This document shows positions 52,201-64,000 of a stretch of 64,000 nucleotides of DNA, one piece after another. Source of the DNA: Syncephalis fuscata S228 (Eukaryota > Fungi > Zoopagomycota); assembly GCA_025786725.1 (NCBI GenBank), contig JAHLTZ010000001.1, positions 1 through 64,000 on the forward strand. Reading direction: 5' to 3'. Positions within the stretch are counted from its first letter, which is position 1. Every line of letters begins with the position of its first letter. Under the pieces are notes generated by a model. The model saw only the letters and a list, made by a program, of their open reading frames with translations, had not been told where the DNA came from and ran no database searches. Both the position numbers and the translations under genes were made by a program.

Positions 52201-53957
52201 CGCAATCAACGCAGATCTGGCCTATTTCGCCGCGAATCTGCCGCATTGTATCAAGGGCCTTCTCTTCATTAATAACCTTTAAACAGGCGGATATTTCTGT
52301 TGTACGTTCAACAAACTGTTTCATATCTGCAACAGTGGCAAATGTAACTGTTGAACGTGGTTCAGGCAGCATATCCAACGCACGACTACAATCAGCCATT
52401 AGTTGATTGTATAATGTCTCTGTCTCTGCATATAAATTGGCTGCATGTAAATGATTTGGGTCTTGTGTATTTGCTGTATCTATTTCCTCATCATCATCAT
52501 CATCGTTGTCGTCTAATAAATAACATTAAATACTAATACAAATTAATTATATGTAAAAACAAACCTTGTTCCTCTGCTGGCAATTGTCGAGGACTGTTAA
52601 TTGGCGAAGAAGAATGATTAATAGTTGTAGATGTGTCTAACAATGACATATCTGGTATACCAGCTGATTGAATATCAATTGAATCCTCGGTTACTGTCAT
52701 ACGACGTAATTGCTGTTCAATATCACCGCTTGGCTCCATAAAGCCATCAGTTGGCGATTCCGGGACAAGCATTGCTGTACGCAATCGCTCTCTTCCTTCT
52801 TGTAGTTGTAAATGTTCTGGTTTCTTATCTTGCAGCGTATGTTCATGACCGCGCCGAGCTACTGTCTCATCAATGGCCCGACCTTTACCAGCTTGTGCTA
52901 AACGCCATTCTTCGGCACGTCGTTCTTCTTCCGCAGCACAACGAGCCAATGCATCTTGATTTTGTCGTGATGTCATAGCCACGTAGAACTCCGATACGTA
53001 AATCATAATAGACCGTTCATCTGGCACTTCCATTGACGCAACATCATCAACTTCTAATAGTGGTGTGATATCCAAATGAGATTGGGCCAATGTGAATGCT
53101 TCGTTTAACGTGTCACTCCAATATTCAGGTGTATCACGGGTCAGTATCTCATCAATACTGGGAAGAATGGCTGGATCATAACGATGAATTAGTAGCATAA
53201 ATAAACAGCCACTTTGCCAAGACCGACTAAAATCGGTAACTTCTGGTGCATTAACATAATTAATCGTTTGACTCTTGACCCATCCAAGTAGAGATGCTCG
53301 TACATCATGTTGATTAATTGCTTTTGACTGTCGTTTACGATTTTCTGTTTTACTTGGCTTATCATTGGTTGGCTAAATAATACACTTGTTATTTACTTAT
53401 TACAATCGCTATTTAACCACTTACCAAATCATTATTTTCTACTATACTATCTGGTTCAGCGGTGATGACTGTACTATCGCTATCTTTATTGGCTGATGGA
53501 TCGGTGCCATTATTGCCAATTACTTGTGCTTTAGCCGCCCTTTGAATTTGAAACCGTAGAATAACCACCCATACAAGGCCAAGGGTCAGTTTTAAATTAC
53601 CATCGACAATATCCTCTGCACCGACATTCATTAATGGTCCGCCCAGTTTACGTTCAAGGAATTGCAGTGCATTGCCAACATTGGCTAATCGGTGAATACG
53701 CATTGTACCACGTTCTGTAGGCGGGTAGGTAGCCGAGCAAGCGTGTAAAGCAGTGCTAGCAGCACTTTGCCATCACGTAAGTCGTATTCAAGTGCTTCGA
53801 CCAGCAATCCAGTATCGCGGAGCTGGACATTGACCCATTTGGTGAACGTCTTCTTCTGGACCTCTTCAAACATACTGGCCAGTTTACGGACACGGTCATA
53901 GGCAGCGCCCGACATTCGGTCGCCCGGTTTGAATTTGCGTGGCACTGTCCACGACAT
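49222..53957 (-). CDS. Spectraplakin-like actin-microtubule crosslinker: tandem CH actin-binding domain, helical rod, GAS2/GAR domain, S/R-rich tail (frameshift ~53724)
   Basis: CH1 FEEVQKKTFTKWVN...DLRDGKVL...MRIHRLANVGNALQFL...GAEDIVDGNLKLTLGLVWVVILRFQI; CH2 LLGWVKS..VTDFSRSWQSG..PDERSIMIYVS; GAS2 GRYLIG..IFCRMLNDRMVMVRVGGGWVELSR|FLS|TH. Confidence 0.88.
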
Positions 53958-55248
53958 GGCCCGCAATCACCGTGGTGCTAGATGGATAAGCTAACAAGCG
54001 CTGTTGAACGTCTGTGCGTTGCAAGATGACGAGCAATACTTAGATAAGCAGAGATTGCTGCTGCTGGTTGGTTAGCAAGAATAGCAACGCAGGCAGTTGT
54101 ACCGGCTTTTTATCTTGCTTTCAGTACTGAAAATAAGGAATAATAAAATAGTTGAATAATTGTTTTAGATAATAGCGCTAGTAAAAATATGAATGTTCTC
54201 CTGGAAATGAATTCAATAAATGCGAATAAAAGCTATGATTGTGGTATATTTAGTACACCAGCTATAGAAAATGAATGAGTGAAAAGTGGCCGTTGTTGTT
54301 TGAAAGCAGTGGCAAGTTTGATCCCATGATAATTACCATAATGGTTGGTGAACCTTGTGTGTGTGTGTGTGTGTGTGCTTGTTTGTATGTGTGGAGATGT
54401 AGGTTTGGCACTGCCCTCTACTTCCCACTTATCCACATTAAGGAGTGTGTGAGGGGAAGTAGAAATAATAAAGTAGTATTTCAAGTCACGTTACAACTTT
54501 GTGTATCATTAAGTTAAACCAACTGGCACAATGTCGATACGGACCGATATTAATCTACATATATTAATAGCTATGATGATTGTGTGTCGTTTTTACTGTT
54601 AGTACTATCGAATAAAAATACATTAGCAAAAAGACAATGCTCGATGGCTATTGGTTTCATTGAAATGTGCTGCTTGTAGTTCTATGTCCATGTATAGGCT
54701 ATCGATCATACTGGCTATGATATCATCGTTTATTTATCCATCTAACCTGCTAATGCTACGCTGAAGAGCGTCCAATTAAAAGTTTTTGCTATAAAGCTAC
54801 GCCGTGCGGAGTCTGGATTAAAAAGGGGGCCGACAATGCTGTGGCGATTTGACCAATGGTGTGGAAGATGAAAAAGCAGTCACATGTAAAAGTCGCTGCA
54901 CACTTGTTTACGGCTTGTGCGCAATTGCACTACTGAAACACAAAGCATGCCATGCCCCTATCGGTGGGCGACGACTGGACTGCAGCTGCCGGTTTTCGTT
55001 TACAATGTCCTTGACTTTCTGGACTTTTGTATGGGCATCACTGTAAATGGCAAGAACTATCATGCTGTGTCCTATGCAGCACGCCGTTGCATGTGTCTCT
55101 GGGCCGTTGATATTTAATACACATGTACGCAATTTTAAAGCGCTATAATATTTGCAATCGATATTGTCTTATTCCTTTCCTATTCACCTACCTATCTACT
55201 TACTTGTCTGGCGACTTGTTTGCAATTTAAATATAATACTTAAATACT

Positions 55249-58025
55249 ATGACTTCTCTTCTACCATCTGTACTGACATCATGGATAAGCCATTTGTATA
55301 ATTGGTTTAGCACTGCTCGTGAAGAGGCTGAAGAAGCCCGAATGTTAGCTGAAGCCGAATTGGCCAAAGCAACTAAAGAACGTGCTGCCGCGGAAGACTG
55401 GCAAAAAACAGCGCGCGAATGGGAACGTGTATCTAAAAATGCGCTATCACAAGCTATTGCCGATTGGAACGCACAAGGAAAGGCACGTACCGAAGCGGAA
55501 CAGATGCTAGAGGAAGCCAAAGAAGCACATGATGAAGAGGCCATTAAAGAAGCAAAACGTCGATTAGAAGAAATCGAAGAGCAACAGGAAAAGGCACGCC
55601 AGCAAAAGGAAGAAGCCGAACGTAAGCTTGCCGAAGCTGAGGAAACTATTGAAAAGGCCAAGGAAGAACAACGTCAAGCCGATGAAAAATTGACCGCTGC
55701 TCAAAAGAAACAAGAAGAAGCTGAGGAAAGAATTAAAGAAGTTGAAGAGCGTGAACGTTTAGCCAATGAACAAGAAAATGAAGAAGATCGTAAAGCAATG
55801 ATTGCCAAATGGATGAAAGAAGAAGAAGAAAAGAAGAAATTGCAAAAGGAGCAAGAGAAACAAGAAGCAGCTCAACGTGCCAAAGAAGAAGCCAAGCGTA
55901 TTGAAGCTGAGAAAAAGGAAGCTGAGCGTATTGAAGCGAGCGTATTGAAGCTGAGAAGAAAGAGCTGAACGTATTGAAGCTGAGAAGAAGGAAGCCAACG
56001 TATTGAAGCTGAGAAGAAAGAAGCCGAGCGTATTGAAGCTGAAAGAAAGAAGCCGACGTATTGAAGCTGAAAAGAAAGAAGCCGAACGTATTGAAGCTGA
56101 GAAGAAAGAAGCCGAACGTATTGAAGCTGAGAAGAAGGAAGCCGAACGTATTGAAGCTGAGAAGAAAGAAGCCGAGCGTATTGAAGCTGAAAAGAAGGAA
56201 GCCGAGCGTATTGAAGCCGAGAAGAAAGCGGCTGAAGATAAGGAACGTAGAGAAATGGAACGCAAAAATTCAAAATCAGCCAAGCTAGAGCGCAAGAAAG
56301 CAGCACGTCTTGAAGCTGAGCGTATTGAAGCCGAGAAGAAAGAAGCTGAACGTCAAAAGATAGAAAAAAGAGAAGCTAGGCGCAAAGAACTTGAACGCAA
56401 AGAAGCTGAAAGAAAAGAATTAAAGCGTAAAGAAACTGAACGTATTGCTGCGGAAAAAAAGGAAGCTGAGCGCAAAAAAGCTGAGAAGAAAGAAGCCGAA
56501 CGTCTTGAAGCCGAAAGAAAAAAAGCTGAGCGACTTGAAGCCAAAAAGAAGGAAGCCGAACGTGTTGAAGCCGAAAAGAAAGAAGCTGAAAAGCGACGTG
56601 AAGCGAAAAAAGAAGCTGAAAAGAAAGAAGCTGAACGTCTGAAGCGAGCGTTGAAGCCGACGTGTGAAGCGAAAAGAAAGAAGCTGAACGTCTTGAAGCC
56701 GAGCGTGTTGAAGCCGAACGTGTTGAAGCTGAAAGAAAGAAGCTGAACGTCTTGAAGCCGAGCGTGTTGAAGCCGAAAAGAAAGAAGCTGAAAAGAAAGA
56801 AGCTGAACGTGTTGAAGCCGAGCGTGTTGAAGCCGAACGTGTTGAAGCTGAAAAGAAAGAAGCTGAACGTCTTGAAGCTGAGCGTGTTGAAGCCGAGCGT
56901 GTTGAAGCCGAAAAGAAAGAAGCTGAACGTCTTGAAGCCGAGCGTGTTGAGGCCGAACGTGTTGAAGCTGAAAAGAAAGAAGCTGAACGTCTTGAAGCCG
57001 AGCGTGTTGAAGCCGAAAAGAAAGAAGCTGAAAAGAAAGAAGCTGAGCGTGTTGAAGCGAGCGTGTTGAAGCCGAACGTGTTGAAGCTGAAAAGAAAGAA
57101 GCTGAACGTCTTGAAGCTGAGCGTGTTGAAGCCGAGCGTGTTGAAGCCGAAAAGAAAGAAGCTGAACGTCTTGAAGCGAGCGTGTTGAAGCCGAAAAGAA
57201 AGAAGCTGAAAAGAAAGAAGCTGAGGTGTTGAAGCGAACGTGTTGAAGCGAAAAGAAAGAAGCTGAACGTCTTGAAGCCGAGCGTGTTGAGGCCGACGTG
57301 TTGAAGCTGAAAAGAAAGAAGCTGAACGTCTTGAAGCCGAGCGTGTTGAAGCCGAACGTGTTGAAGCTAAAAACTTAGGTGCTGGAAGTTTAGAGATTGT
57401 AAGACAACCAAGTCCGATACAGCATTCGCGCCGCTCATCCGAGCTACTGGTAGAGTCTTATCCAAAAATGGCCGCAGCCGAACTTCCTATTATCTCGCAG
57501 GAGATTGAAGAAGAGCAAATGCTGTCAATGTCCGAAAGTGACGCAAGTCTAGCAACAATTAACGACGATGAAGCCATCCATGTAGCCATGATACCAACAG
57601 ATGATGAGCCCATGATGATTGTGTCAGTTGATAATATTAAGTCAAAGGAGATCCCTATGAAGAAGTCGAAATCCATCAAACGTACATTGTCCGCCGGTCT
57701 TGCTCGCTTATCACGTACAATGTCGGCACCAACACGTCTTGTCCGCAGCATGTCTAACCGTGAAGTCGTTATCAGCGAAAGACCAGAAGACGTAGAAGAG
57801 CTAGAACAAGTACCGCTAACGCGCCGTCTTTCTCGCCGGGCTTCCTCGGCCGTTAATACTGCTTCTCGCGGTTCGCGTCGTGCCATTTCCCATATCAAGC
57901 CATCAAAAGGCTTTAATGCAGTTACATCAGCTTCTATGTCAATGGCCTATTCACCATTCTACATGCAGTATTCAACTAATTATCCAGGATTTGCAAGTAT
58001 TCCTTCATTCAAGTCTACCCTCTAA
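55249..58025 (+). CDS. Large E/K/A/R-rich coiled-coil or single-alpha-helix tandem-repeat protein (frameshifted in the repeat)
   Basis: ORF starts [20 protein letters not shown], continues as [10 protein letters not shown] repeats across frame breaks, and ends in the non-repetitive ORF 57468-58025. Confidence 0.7.
55890..57370 (+). repeat. Coding minisatellite: 30-nt units, then shuffled 15-nt modules
   Basis: GCCGAACGTATTGAAGCTGAGAAGAAAGAA units, followed by GCCGAGCGTGTTGAA, GCTGAAAAGAAAGAA and GCTGAACGTCTTGAA modules. Confidence 0.95.
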
Positions 58026-58424
58026 TAACCTTTCCTTAATCAGTGTCTTTTTCTTTGTGTCCTGTGCATGCATTAATTACATTTGTATATAAATACACTT
58101 AGCCATATCATTAACTGCGATACTATATTTTATTGATTACTACACACATTATGCAATTTAAGCACTTTATTACCATGTATTTATTCTGAATTACTAATAC
58201 ATTAATGAAACAAATTGTCTATAATAACAAGCAATGCTTTACTAATATGTCTTTAGCTGTATCTATGTATAAATTTATTTATTTAAACTATGCCATTAAA
58301 CTATAATGACTTTTATTATTTTAATGCATTTGCTAGTATACTGAACATATCTTCTATGATAATGAGCGTTTTTTTGAGTGTAAATGACTTTTATTCTTTC
58401 AATTAATCTTTTAATATACTGAAT

Positions 58425-58880
58425 ATATGTTCTATGATAATGAGTAGTTTGATGTCAAATGACTTTTATTCTTAATGCGTTTATTCATTTACTATTAATC
58501 TGTTATATGATGTACCGACATGTTGGGTAGATTGACTTTTATTATTTACACTCCATTTATCAATGAATTAAACTCGGCTGTTTATAAATATTGACTGACA
58601 GGTTACATCTCACAATCTACGTCATCACATTTCTCTTTCTCTTTCTTTACACTTGATAGCATATACCCATTGCATGTACACTCCATATATACTATATAGA
58701 TAGTGCTAGTAGTTGACTGGCTACTAGTTATGTACAAACACCTTTTACACTATGTACTTGCATTGCTCTTTTGTATTCTGACTTTTTGCAAATCACCTTC
58801 ATTGCTCTGATCATTGACGTTGGCAGCTTTATTGGCATAGTAAATGCACTTTTGGATTGTTTTTAAAGTTACGTTGAATA
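58425..58880. repeat. Dispersed repeat, copy 2 (preceded by a ~90-nt local tandem duplication)
   Basis: Matches 345-760. TTCTATGATAATGAG...AATGACTTTTATTCT occurs twice in tandem at ~58340-58475. Confidence 0.9.
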
Positions 58881-61800
58881 TATACCGTAAACTTTTGTCT
58901 TTTGCTTTGCTGTTGTTACAAATCATTGCAGATCTATAACAAACTAAAGTATATAATGACTTTGGCAGTATATAGTCACCACAGTTATCATGTGTAGCTG
59001 CTGGGCACATACAACAACAGCGGCGAATAAAACACTGCTAGTTTTTTAAAATATAATAATATACAATAGCTTGATTATACAGTGAAGCTAATATGTATAC
59101 TGGATATATGCGTATTGAATAATAAGTCTATGATAATGCTAATAAGTCATAGCTATCAAATCATTTATTATAACATACAAGCTATATACAATACTAAAGC
59201 ATGGGGCAGTGTAGAGTATTTATAGTATTGTATTTTGATATTTAATGACACTCATCGCCCAGCTTCACGTTCAATAGAGCAAATGCTTAATTCAATAAAA
59301 TAAAATATTATTTAATGATAGCCGTTTTGATCCCCAAACCACAATATAATTAAATGATTTGATTATTAATAAGGCTCACCATCCGTTCTATCTTCAATAA
59401 AACAAATTTTTACTTTAGTTACGCGAATGTTATTAAATGTAGTTATTTGACCTTCAAATTATACTAAATACATAATAAATTGTTTATAAAAATAAATTAT
59501 TTGATAACTCCAAAAGCACATTTTATTTAATTTAGTAAGCAAATAACAAGTTCACATGCTTTTAAATTAAAAGTTAAAATGGAATAACACATTACATTAT
59601 ATGATTGGGAAACATATACATATGAACAATCACGCCAATAAGATACATACTGGATATCAGTATTAATTATTAGCAACAAACAATTAATACAAAAATATAA
59701 AGAATAATTGCTTGTTAGTGGTGAATATATGGGCAATCACACGAGCTAATATTTTACGTTAATGATAAATAATAGCTTTACTTAATACCAATGATAGCAA
59801 TAGTTTTGAAGCAGTGTTATTTATATGTTACTTAAGGACTTTTATTATGAAATAATTATACTTAATCAATAGTTATTGGTATAAAAGTATTACTACCATA
59901 TAACAGCTCGATAATATTTTACTTGGTAATAATTAATTGATTTGTGGCATTTCTGTGTAATACCTTATTTAATCATTTTGACTTGTATTGTAATGCTAAT
60001 TATTTAATTAACTTAATTTGTTTTAAACTAATAATAGAATAAAACACCATGCTGTTTTAAAACAACAAACGACTTTTAGTTAGCGTCTTTTCAAACTACA
60101 AAGCGCATGAATAAATTAAATGAAACAACGCCAAGTTTATTTGTAAAACACAAATATTATGATTGCTTTTTTAATTTATTTAAACACCGCTTTTGAACAT
60201 CGTTAAATTGATCTTCCATCGGATCATTTGGGACGATATCAATATATTTCATCGGGAGCTACTCAGCTTGTTGGCAAACTATAGACACATCAATAGTAAT
60301 AGGTCGAATTCATACTTATTGACCCGTGCCACCTTGATTCAAATCCCCTTGGTCATGAGTACAATAGTAGCACGTGGAATATCCAATTAACAAACAATTG
60401 GACTTTCGAATGTATTATCTACACGTGCATTAATAACACTACCGCAACCTAGTGCGGAGCAATAATGATGAGTATGAGGAATAAGGAATGAATGAATGAG
60501 TGAAAAAGGGAAAGTCTTTTACGCTGCTTTGTGCTCAATATAATGCCATAATACTGCCCATAGGGTCACCGTGCCAGTATGGAATGTGCAGCTTTCATTG
60601 TCCATCTGCGGAACTGCTCTATTCCCGACTGTTGTCTAGAGTGTGGACCAGCTCCGACACTATGCTGTCATCGACGCAAGTGAAGTTGTTGCTGAATGAT
60701 CTACCATTTCTGGTAGTTCAGCCATTTAGCCATACTGATATGTTTGTGACCGCGCGCGTTATTTCTATTCCAGCTTTTTATTTCTATATTGATATTGCAT
60801 ATTTGCCTTTTTAAGTCGACTCATTTAGTCGTTCTACACCGGCCGAAAGAACCATCCCAGTGGGCATGCCATTCCCGCTTCTTATCTTGGCACCCCTTGA
60901 TCTATTTCTAGGCATGTCTGAGATTAGTAGTTTGTGCGGCCGCTAATGTGTTACCCTTTCGGCGGACTGCTTACTATGCCACATGAGGAGAATAAGCACT
61001 GGTGTGTAAGTATGTGCGGAAAGGGATGCGAGTACATGGCAACTTCTTATAATGAATAATCTCCACTCCTTTTGAACAGCTTCACTTTTCTTTTCTTTAT
61101 TCATCATCATTGCACTCTACTACTACTACTAGTCTAAATTACTTTCTCCTACTTGGTTTTATAGTTGATTATTTCCACACTTACACTCGCGTTTACACTT
61201 TGCCGCTATCACTTCAAAGTAAGTTAACTGTTTATAAAGCGTATGCGTGATTAGTGTGTCGTTTTTTATTATGGTTGGACAAAGCACATGCCGTTTGCTT
61301 ATTGTTTTGACTACCTATCATATGTGCATACGCATGTACATATGTTGAATACTGCTATTGCTACTACAACTGTGCCATTACAAGTAGTTTGATGTCTTTT
61401 AGTTTGTTAGTACTTTACAAGCAACTAGCAAGCTAGAGTTTGCACTAGTAGGCACAGTGATATTATAATGCGTTTTTTAGTTTGTATGGTCTGTGCTGGC
61501 CTATGTTCTATAATAGACTATCTGTCTATTAAGTTTCACTTTCTACGTCATGTTTGGCTTGGTATATATTGGCACCTCACGTGCTATTGCTATTAGCTTG
61601 GCATTTTATAAATTAAATAGAACGCCGTAGAAGCAGGCATGCTATAACAACACCTGATGCTACTTGCCAGCAGATCAACACATCGAATGGCCACCCTCTG
61701 TTGGGTGGTAGTGCAATTAAAAGTCAATAACACGGGGATGGTGTGCACGCCTCTCTTGTACATGACCATTTTTCTTTTTTTGACTTTGAATAGTTGTTTA

Positions 61801-62672
61801 TCGGATGAATAGAAATTCGCGCATGGTATGCACGTATATTGATCAGACTGGAGACAGCAAGTACCAGTTCATGCATTGATGATTCATCTCTATCATCGTA
61901 TGCATTGGCATGTGTTCCCTTCCACGCGACGCATAGCTAATGTGTAGACGAACAATCTATGAGACATCTGCTGCCACCTTTTCTCTTACAAGCATGTGCG
62001 TTTGTTTGTGTGTTTATTGCTCTTCTTTCTATGTTACTTTTCTACACTTGACAAGTAATATCGACTAGGCCGCCTAGTCGCCACATGACTTTCGGGTTTT
62101 TTCCCCTGTTTGACCCATTTCGTCACAAACTACCACATGTATAGAATTGCTTTAAGTATTTTATTTGCTTTTTGATTTGCTTTCATGGAATAGATATATG
62201 AAAAGATGTATCATTAATAATAATAATGATGATTATAAATACAATATTGTTGTTGTTTAATTATCATTAATTAATGTATAAACGTTCTAATTTATTCATG
62301 ACTGCAACTTAAAGACAAATACAACGTTCTCATCTATTGTCAGCAATGATAGCTGCATGTTAGGCCATGTGGTGCGTCGCCATTATCTCGACGAATCGCT
62401 TACCATCCTTACACATTTCTTTGCATACGTCTACTCATACTTGTACAGGTATTTGCCTGTGCTATTACTGTCGTAATGATGAGTTTTGTGAATTGTTATT
62501 ATTACAACTAGTATTATTATTATTAGTACTATTACCATAACCATACAACTTCATCATCCGCTAGACCAGTTCTTGCTGTATCTCCAGAGTTGCAATCCAA
62601 TAGGCGGTCGTTTGCACCTGCCTTTTTTGATATCCACGCGAACACCCTCACTCTGTTACATGTTCATTTATC

Positions 62673-62703
<31 letters not shown>

Positions 62704-63924
62704 CCGTACACACACACACACACACCACGCACGCATGGCCTGGTCCATGTGCCTTGTAAAGTGCTGGTAGCAGCAGCTTTTCACCCTTTAAACTGGTCGT
62801 ATTTGAACTTGTTCGCCATCTCACACCGACTATTATTCTGTTATTCTCTTTCTCTCATTTCTTTTCTCTTCTATCCTATTAGCCATAGCTTTGAAATTAC
62901 TCCAACTTTTCCTCTTTATTGTTGCGTTTGTTATTTTCTGTTCACCTACCGTGGTCAATCTGCGGATTTCCCCTTTCACCTAGTATCTATCTTATACACA
63001 CCTGTGAGCTTGTCTTTTATACTTTGCTTATTTACGACGTACGTTTTATAGTATTTGTGTGTGTGTGTGTGTGTGGTAAATAGGATGAAGAAGTGGGATA
63101 GAATGTGCCTATGTATCTATATATTATTAGAAAGATAGATAAATGTATATGTCATGTTATCTTCTTTGCTTCTTTGTTCATTGGTTGATCTATGACAAAT
63201 TGTCTAGATACAAGCTAATGAACTTGTGAATAAGCGGGTAATTTGAAATGTACACTTTTACCATCCATCCATCATTCTTTCTTGTTGGTGAATCACGTGC
63301 GATGATGCCATACATCATAGAAATGAATCATCGGAGCTTTAATATAGCTTCACAGTCCACTATTTGTGATGCTGTGATAATTGCTGCGGCAAATGACGAC
63401 AGCGATTATTTGTGAAAAAATATTGTAGACCGCCATCTATACAATAGATGAATGGTCTGTCAATAAACATGCACAAATGTGGTAAAAGAAAGGGATGTTG
63501 TAGTTCAAGTTGGTAAATAACGGCTTTGACCTCCTTTGGCCTATCGAGCAACTACGTACTATACTCAAAGACTGTAGTATTACATCACTCAGGGGATGTG
63601 AATACATTGATTGCACTGTCCCGTGACCTTCATGTTACAGGGGCAAATTTCCAATTGATATTGAACGTACATACACAATCTAGTCATCAATTGATTACTC
63701 ATTAATGCCACAAATATTATACATTTGTAACAAATACTAATCAATAATTATATTCTTTTGATTTAACAAATATAGGTCTTTCGTCTAATTTCTATTACAC
63801 GCGCGCACATCTATTATCGCTCGATCGTCGCTCGTGTACGTTTATTACATTATTAGCTTACTTTCTACTTACATTGAATTGAATAGCAAAACTACTCTCT
63901 CTATTATAACCTATTGTCATCATC

Positions 63925-64000
63925 ATGAGCTGTGAAAATACTCAAAACGAAACCGTTGTTGCTGACGCCGCACCAGCTGTTGAAACAACTGCTGAGACCG
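63925..64000 (+). CDS. 5' end of a probable gene running off the window (MSCENTQNETVVADAAPAVETTAET...)
   Basis: ATG in CATCATG context after a pyrimidine-rich leader; the frame is open to the window end. Confidence 0.45.
   Translation, partial: MSCENTQNETVVADAAPAVETTAET

Noticed and set aside
55890-57370. CRISPR-like regular repeats
   Set aside because: Contiguous codon-length units without unique spacers; eukaryotic coding minisatellite.
55227-57898. Antisense and alternative-frame ORFs ([20 protein letters not shown] repeats)
   Set aside because: Shadows of the stop-free coding minisatellite and its frameshifts.
62573-63051. ORFs with HTHTHT runs
   Set aside because: Derived from a (CA)n microsatellite and pyrimidine-rich noncoding DNA.

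Overview
Gene-dense eukaryotic genomic DNA with short AT-rich spliceosomal introns. It is an early-diverging fungus, most plausibly a Zoopagomycota mycoparasite such as Syncephalis; this is inferred from gene content and style, not verified. About 22 intron-containing genes are present: NOT2, BRO1, SPC97/GCP2, a sphingoid-base phosphate phosphatase, RFC5, FZO1, RPL17, CHIP-like ligase, epsin, a methyltransferase, COA1-like, FRG1, MRPL4, VMA13, PHO85/CDK5-like kinase and several lineage-specific genes. Highlights: (1) two AT-AC minor-spliceosome (U12) introns, in GCP2 and the CDK5-like kinase; (2) two paralogous P2X ATP-gated channel genes; (3) a compact spectraplakin-like protein (CH-CH, helical rod, GAS2 domain, GSR/SxIP-like motifs); (4) a putatively secreted pseudokinase-like protein ending in three PPxY motifs; (5) a ~190-nt foldback hairpin inside a predicted 5'-UTR intron of NOT2; (6) a long ER/K tandem-repeat protein. 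Many conserved genes carry single-base frameshifts, mostly in homopolymers, which are most likely long-read assembly errors. Gene spans were derived by hand-splicing and include introns. No tRNA, rRNA, CRISPR array or intact transposon was recognised.
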